Shown here: piece after piece, positions 58,906 through 64,000 of the stretch
Layout: each line of letters opens with the position of its first letter
Position numbering within the stretch: position 1 is the first letter of the stretch
From: a bacterium
Lineage (GTDB): Bacteria > Patescibacteriota > Minisyncoccia > Phycocordibacterales > UBA5272
Assembly: GCA_043719155.1 (NCBI GenBank)
Contig: JAYSUJ010000024.1
Span: 3,424 to 67,423 of the forward strand
Direction: 5' to 3'
Length of the DNA: 64,000 bases
Made by a program: the position numbers and the translations under genes
Notes under the pieces: model-generated
The model's input: only the letters and a program-made list of their open reading frames with translations
What the model was told of the DNA's origin: nothing
The model's database searches: none

Positions 58906-58936
58906 ATATTTATTCAAAAAGTTTAGCATAAAAAAT

Positions 58937-58970
58937 ACCCGTCTTTGCCTGAGTTCAGACAAAGACGGGT
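58937..58970 (-). terminator. Intrinsic terminator after the pyrF-like gene
   Basis: ACCCGTCTTTGCCTGA-GT-TCAGACAAAGACGGGT with an A-run on its low-coordinate side. Confidence 0.75.
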
Positions 58971-58973
58971 TAC

Positions 58974-59672
58974 TTACATCCTGATCTCACTCAGGAGTTT
59001 TGACAGAGCCAAGCGCTGGTCGTCAGCTTCGATTATTTGACTACTGATAACTAAACGTGTGGCCCCAGCGAGCAAGGCTGTCCGCGGTGTTTCCACGCGT
59101 TTTTGGTCGCCATGTGGCACCCCGTCAGAGCGAGAGCCGACAGCAATGAACTCCATCCCTTTCAGGTCTGGGTCCACTGCCAAGCTCCACACTTCTTGTG
59201 GAGAGCAGATGACCCCATGACAACCAGCAACCTTGGCTTTGCGGGCCAAACTTTGCACAACCGTAGCTACGCTCTTATTGAAAGTGTCGACGACTTGGAC
59301 CGGAGTCAAAGACGTCAAGACTGTCACAGCGTAAACGGTTAGCCCAGAGTCAACAGCGGCTTTCATCATGTCGATGCCGCCAGAGGCATGCACCGTGACA
59401 ATGTCGGTCCCGTTGGCCTTTAGTTTTTTGGCACTATTGGCCACAGATTTCGCAATGTCATGAAGCTTTAGGTCGAGAAAGACCTGTTCAGCCCCAACGT
59501 CCTTTAGTTCCGAGATGACTCTCGGGCCAACATCGTGGTAAAGGTCATGGATTTTGACTGCAAAGGCTCCCCGAGCCAAGTCTTTGGTAAAGACTTTAGC
59601 ATTTCCGAGACCCATGTCGTCTAAACCAAAGATTAGGCGATTCATCATTTCAGACTCCGAAAAGTTTCTCAA
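58974..59672 (-). CDS. pyrF: Orotidine-5'-phosphate decarboxylase, divergent and GC-richer
   Basis: LIFGLD, VFLDLKLHDI, VTVHASGG, AVTVLTS, GVICSP, DQKR; TTG start; C-terminal phosphate-binding motifs altered. Confidence 0.8.
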   Translation of the reverse strand: MRNFSESEMMNRLIFGLDDMGLGNAKVFTKDLARGAFAVKIHDLYHDVGPRVISELKDVGAEQVFLDLKLHDIAKSVANSAKKLKANGTDIVTVHASGGIDMMKAAVDSGLTVYAVTVLTSLTPVQVVDTFNKSVATVVQSLARKAKVAGCHGVICSPQEVWSLAVDPDLKGMEFIAVGSRSDGVPHGDQKRVETPRTALLAGATRLVISSQIIEADDQRLALSKLLSEIRM

Positions 59673-59710
59673 CTCAGAATATCCAAGTTGGTATTGACAT
59701 CATAGCATTT

Positions 59711-60883
59711 TTAGAGTTTTAAATAAACCTCCTCGGTTTTTTTACACATAGTTTCTAATTTATAAATTTCAGGCAGATCTGTATTTCTAGGTAGAGAATT
59801 GTCCAACAAAAGTTTATTTATTACCCCAGATATTTCTTCAACATTTTTACTCTGTACCAAGTTTATCTCAAACTGTTCCGCCATTTCAGGAATTCCTCCA
59901 ACACTAGTTGCAACTATGGGTACACCAGCCATTTTGGCTTCTAAAAGAGTGTAAGGCAAGCCCTCTTTTAGACTAGTTAAAGTAAAGACGTCAAAAGCTT
60001 TTAAATATTTATAAGCATCGGGGGTTTTTCCAAGCAAGAAAAAATTATCTTTCATTTTTAATTTGTTAATTTTTTCTTGCAGCTCTTCCCTATATTTATC
60101 TTCCCCAAACCCTAAAACTAAAAAGATAGTTTCTGGAAATTTTTGTAAAATTTTGGCAGCTGCTTCAATTAAATATTCTAAACCTTTGGTTTTATACAAA
60201 TTGGAAATTGTACCTACTACTTTTTGTTCTTCATCTTTTTTATTTATTTTTTCAAAAATATATTTTCTGGCTTCTTTTTTTTCTAGCATTTTAACTTGTA
60301 AATATTTTACCCCATTTTGAATTAGTGAATATTTGTTTTTATTTCTTAGAATAAAATATTTCTTTCCCACACTTACATCTTTCTCGGTTATTAAGATAGT
60401 ATGTGTCCTGAAAACTGAAGAGATAATTTCTAAAAAAATAAAAAAAAGTTTCTTCAGAATATTCATTGGCTCTAAAAAAACAAAACCATGAACAGTGAAA
60501 ATACATTTACTTTTTAACTGCACACTACCGGGAAGTGTGGAGGACAGAAAAGAAGCGACTGCGCCTACTACCCCAGACTTACTGGAGTTTAAATGAACAA
60601 CATCTGGGTTTATTTTTTTGTACAGTTTAAAAAAATCCCAAACACTTTTGATATCTCTAAATAATTTTATTTCTCTCTGATGAGATTTTATTTCGAATAA
60701 ATTTTCTTTTTTTATGCCACTTTTTTCAAGTTGGAGAAAAAGCCATTTGTCACCCTCATTTTCTATTTCGCCAACTGCTACAAATATTTCATAACCTTTT
60801 TTTAGCATTTCAGGTGCCAAATCAGAAATATATTTTTGTGCCCCTCCTTGCTCACCCTGCGTCACAACGTACAAAATTTTCAT
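59711..60883 (-). CDS. GT4 family glycosyltransferase
   Basis: GGAQKY, HLNSSK, FTVHG, KGLEYL, EGLPYTLLEA, VGGIPE. Confidence 0.93.
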   Translation of the reverse strand: MKILYVVTQGEQGGAQKYISDLAPEMLKKGYEIFVAVGEIENEGDKWLFLQLEKSGIKKENLFEIKSHQREIKLFRDIKSVWDFFKLYKKINPDVVHLNSSKSGVVGAVASFLSSTLPGSVQLKSKCIFTVHGFVFLEPMNILKKLFFIFLEIISSVFRTHTILITEKDVSVGKKYFILRNKNKYSLIQNGVKYLQVKMLEKKEARKYIFEKINKKDEEQKVVGTISNLYKTKGLEYLIEAAAKILQKFPETIFLVLGFGEDKYREELQEKINKLKMKDNFFLLGKTPDAYKYLKAFDVFTLTSLKEGLPYTLLEAKMAGVPIVATSVGGIPEMAEQFEINLVQSKNVEEISGVINKLLLDNSLPRNTDLPEIYKLETMCKKTEEVYLKL

Positions 60884-60884
60884 A

Positions 60885-62513
60885 TTATTTTGTACAAGCT
60901 TTTATAAAGCCAGAAAACATCGGGTGTGGTGACCACGGCCTAGACAGAAACTCTGGGTGTGACTGCGTTGCCAAAAAGAAAGTGTTTTTGTCCTTACTCT
61001 CTACCAGCTCTACCAGCTTTCCATCTTTACTTGTACCTGAAACAACTACACCACCTTTATTAAAATTTTCTTCAAAACTTCTGTTTACTTCATATCTATG
61101 TCTATGTCTTTCCTCTGCCTCTATTTTCCCAAAAACTTTCGCAGCCAAACTTTCTTTTTCTATAAAACATTTATAAGTTCCCAACCTCATTGTCCCCCCC
61201 GTATTCTCTTTGCCAATCTGGTCGTTCATAATATAAACAACATTTTCATTTGTGTCTGAAAACTCTTCACTATTGGCATTTTTCAACCCACCTCTTCTAG
61301 CCGCAGCAATAACAGCCACTTGTAAGCCTAGGCAAAGGCCTAGATACGGAGTTTTGTTCTCTAGGGCAAAATTGGCTGCGCCAATTTTGCCCTCTACCCC
61401 ACGCTTTCCAAACCCACCCGGCACCAACACCCCGCAATATTTCTCTAAAACTTTTTTTATTTCACCTTCCTTTTTTCCTTCTAAACTTTCCGCATCCACC
61501 CAATCATATTTTAGGCTTACCCCAGAGTGCCATGCAGCGATTTTTAAACTTTCTATTACAGAGTAATAAGTATCTGCATTGTCCAGATATTTTGCCACAA
61601 TACCAATATGTATTTCTTTTTTGCTAGCCTTACTTTTTGTAAATAAGTCTAAAACCTTGTACCACTTTTCTTGCATCTTTTTTTCAAAATCTTTTTCTAC
61701 TACTTTAAATTTAAATTTAGAGAAAATAAATTTATGAATTTGTTTTTCATACAAAGTGACAGGTACTCTATAAATTGTGTCGGCGTTTGGCAGCACTATT
61801 ATCTGTTCTTCTTTCACCCCAACAAATGGCGCAACCTTTTTTTCTATATAATTATTTTTAGGAACTCTTTCACATCTTGCCACTATTAAGTCTGGGACAA
61901 TGCCATACTCACGTAAATCTCGCACCGAATTTTGCAAAGGTTTGGTTTTAAACTCTTGAGAAGTTTCTAGAAAAGGTACATAGGCAACATGGACAAAAAT
62001 AACATTCTCGCGCCCCACGTCACTTGCCAACTCTCGTACCGCTTCTATAAACGACAAGGCCTCATAATCTCCTACTGTGCCTCCAAGCTCTAAGATATGG
62101 CAATCAGACTTTGCTGCCGCCTCTAAGATTTTTTCTTTTATTAAATTAGTTAAATGTGGTACTAGTTGCACATTTTTCCCTAAATATTTTCCCGCCCTTT
62201 CTCTCTCCAAAAGTTCTTTAAATAAACCACCCGACAAAAGTACGCAATCTTTATTCAGCTCTGCACCAATGAATCTTTCATAGTGACCTAAGTCCAAGTC
62301 TGTTTCCTTACCATCAGCAGTCACAAAACACTCACCATGCTCAGCAGGCGAAAGTGTGCCAGAGTCGACATTTAAATACGGCTCAAGTTTTTGCACAGTT
62401 ACTTTTTTATTTGCGCAATTTAAAAGGGCACCGATAGATGCCGCTGTTATGCCCTTACCTATTCCAGACAAAACACCTCCAGTTACAATTACATATTTTG
62501 TTTTTTTACTCAT
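60885..62513 (-). CDS. pyrG: CTP synthase
   Basis: TGGVLSGIGKG, PYLNVD, ETDLDLGHYERF, KTKPLQ, VPGGFG, GLCLG, ERHRHRYE, QSHPEF. Confidence 0.97.
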   Translation of the reverse strand: MSKKTKYVIVTGGVLSGIGKGITAASIGALLNCANKKVTVQKLEPYLNVDSGTLSPAEHGECFVTADGKETDLDLGHYERFIGAELNKDCVLLSGGLFKELLERERAGKYLGKNVQLVPHLTNLIKEKILEAAAKSDCHILELGGTVGDYEALSFIEAVRELASDVGRENVIFVHVAYVPFLETSQEFKTKPLQNSVRDLREYGIVPDLIVARCERVPKNNYIEKKVAPFVGVKEEQIIVLPNADTIYRVPVTLYEKQIHKFIFSKFKFKVVEKDFEKKMQEKWYKVLDLFTKSKASKKEIHIGIVAKYLDNADTYYSVIESLKIAAWHSGVSLKYDWVDAESLEGKKEGEIKKVLEKYCGVLVPGGFGKRGVEGKIGAANFALENKTPYLGLCLGLQVAVIAAARRGGLKNANSEEFSDTNENVVYIMNDQIGKENTGGTMRLGTYKCFIEKESLAAKVFGKIEAEERHRHRYEVNRSFEENFNKGGVVVSGTSKDGKLVELVESKDKNTFFLATQSHPEFLSRPWSPHPMFSGFIKACTK

Positions 62514-62572
62514 ATTTAAAAAAAAGTATAAACAAAAAAAACAACTTTTTCAAGTTGTTTTTTTTGTTAAAA

Positions 62573-63370
62573 TTATACTTCTGCTACTTTATTTATTTCA
62601 TAAAGTTTTCGGTACAAAAATATGCCGCTCATGGCTGACCAACCAACTGCTATAAATATAGCAGGGAAAACACCCACTATTAGGCAAATAAGGCCAGCCA
62701 AGACAAGGCATAACATTAAAAAACCTTGTACCAAACCAAAACCTAACAATTTCCACTTGATTCCTTCGGTCATTTTTGACGACATAGTGAAGGCATCTGA
62801 AACTTTCATATTTTTGTCAACCACCAAATTTAAAACTTGGCCGTAGCGGACTGCTATATATATTCCAGGGATAATAAATAATACAAAACCTACAAATATA
62901 GCAGCGCAATAAGCTAGATATACCAGAAGATAGTTGCAAATTTTTTTAGTATTCCCGTTTTCAGAATTTGGTAAAACCAAAACATCTTTCAAATTAAAAA
63001 TATTTGTTGAGTCTTGTTGACCATCATTTTTTGTGTCAAAAATTTTAAAATAACTTTTGTATAAATTAAACCCAACTATGATACCCCAAAGTGTAGTTAA
63101 AAAGACAAAGAGTACATATAGTACTGTCTCACTTGCCCCTGCTACCCATACCTGCTCTATCATGTCTGTCCCAACTTCGTTCAAGACTGTTTGAGCTTCG
63201 TAAAGTCTCATTTTCCAAACTTCTCCTAAAATAGTAAACGGCAAAGTAGCCAGCGCCCAAGTCAGAAAAAGAACCAAAAGTTTTGACCAATTTTTGGAAA
63301 ACTTGTCCCAACCTTCTTTTAAAGTTTCTTCTATTTTAAAACTATTTCTGTTTATTGTATTTGTTTCCAT
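62573..63370 (-). CDS. DUF975-like integral membrane protein
   Basis: LFIIPGIYIAVRY, AF..S..MT.G.KWKL, GLICLIVG motifs. Confidence 0.7.
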   Translation of the reverse strand: METNTINRNSFKIEETLKEGWDKFSKNWSKLLVLFLTWALATLPFTILGEVWKMRLYEAQTVLNEVGTDMIEQVWVAGASETVLYVLFVFLTTLWGIIVGFNLYKSYFKIFDTKNDGQQDSTNIFNLKDVLVLPNSENGNTKKICNYLLVYLAYCAAIFVGFVLFIIPGIYIAVRYGQVLNLVVDKNMKVSDAFTMSSKMTEGIKWKLLGFGLVQGFLMLCLVLAGLICLIVGVFPAIFIAVGWSAMSGIFLYRKLYEINKVAEV

Positions 63371-63377
63371 TTTTAAA

Positions 63378-64000
63378 TTATAATGCAAATTTCCTATAAA
63401 GCAAAGCACTAGCCAAACTAAAGGTTAAGGAAAAAATAAGTAAGGTCGGTATAACCCCTACCACAAAACATATTAACCCAACAAGCACAGAAAGCACAAG
63501 CAAAACTAACCCAAGCAAGTAAAATTTAAAAATATTTAATTTGTTATTTTTAGTCATGTTAGCACTAATACTAAATGCTTCTACAATTTTTACACCTTTA
63601 TCTAGGACTAGTGTAGAAGCAAAAACATATTTAACTGCCAATTGTAAACTAAACCCAACCAAACACAATGACAGCAATAAAGCCAGAGTTAAAATACCAA
63701 AACTTGCACCTGACATGTAAACAGAAAAAATTGCAAAAAAAGTAACACCCGCTGGAATTACAAAATATAAACTGTAAAGAAGATTCACTATGAACCATTT
63801 AAATGAATTTAAATCTATTTTTTTAAATAGGTCAATTACTTCAAACCTTCCTCCATCTACTATTTTTAAATAAATTTTCTGGCAATTATAAGCAATCCAG
63901 ATACTTAACAAATAATTTAAAACTGAAAAAAAAGCAACGAGCAAATTGCAGTATAGTGGCATTTGACCGACAACTTTCCCAGAGCTTGCGTGCAAGAAAT
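63378..64000 (-). CDS. DUF975-like integral membrane protein, tandem paralog (5' end outside window)
   Basis: Shares LVLDKG...AFSISANMT, GLICFVVG and LYRK with the adjacent gene. Confidence 0.65.
   Translation of the reverse strand, partial: FLHASSGKVVGQMPLYCNLLVAFFSVLNYLLSIWIAYNCQKIYLKIVDGGRFEVIDLFKKIDLNSFKWFIVNLLYSLYFVIPAGVTFFAIFSVYMSGASFGILTLALLLSLCLVGFSLQLAVKYVFASTLVLDKGVKIVEAFSISANMTKNNKLNIFKFYLLGLVLLVLSVLVGLICFVVGVIPTLLIFSLTFSLASALLYRKFAL

Noticed and set aside
1-64000. CRISPR array, rRNA, IS transposase, reverse transcriptase/DGR or retron
   Set aside because: No regularly spaced repeats, rRNA-like sequence, DDE/HUH or RT motifs were seen by eye.

Overview
AT-rich bacterial chromosome segment whose gene content fits a Patescibacteria/CPR (Parcubacteria-like) genome: secE-nusG-rplK without rplA, tRNA-Arg(GCG), Thr/Ser 'ATST'-rich exported proteins, an ApbE/FMN/RnfD-FNR cluster and many orphans. 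The backbone carries ileS, argS, rplS, pyrG, rlmB, two RluA enzymes, a PIF1 helicase, transporters and five tRNAs. The main feature is an ~18.4 kb island (15029-33417) bounded by a perfect 22-bp repeat of the tRNA-His 3' end. It encodes a large serine recombinase whose reading frame runs through the att core, so excision would swap its C-terminus. It also carries a lone terminase small subunit, a C4/CI-like antisense RNA switch in front of a secreted-protein operon, a ~190-nt structured leader before the recombinase, a DUF4238 protein, and a 2,700-aa SpvB/FG-GAP/RHS polymorphic toxin followed by two paralogous candidate immunity genes. Outside the island are GC-rich single-gene cassettes with their own Shine-Dalgarno sites and terminators, palindromic inserts inside coding genes, pervasive leaderless-type promoters and several unusual enzymes. 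All calls come from reading motifs by eye; no database searches were run.
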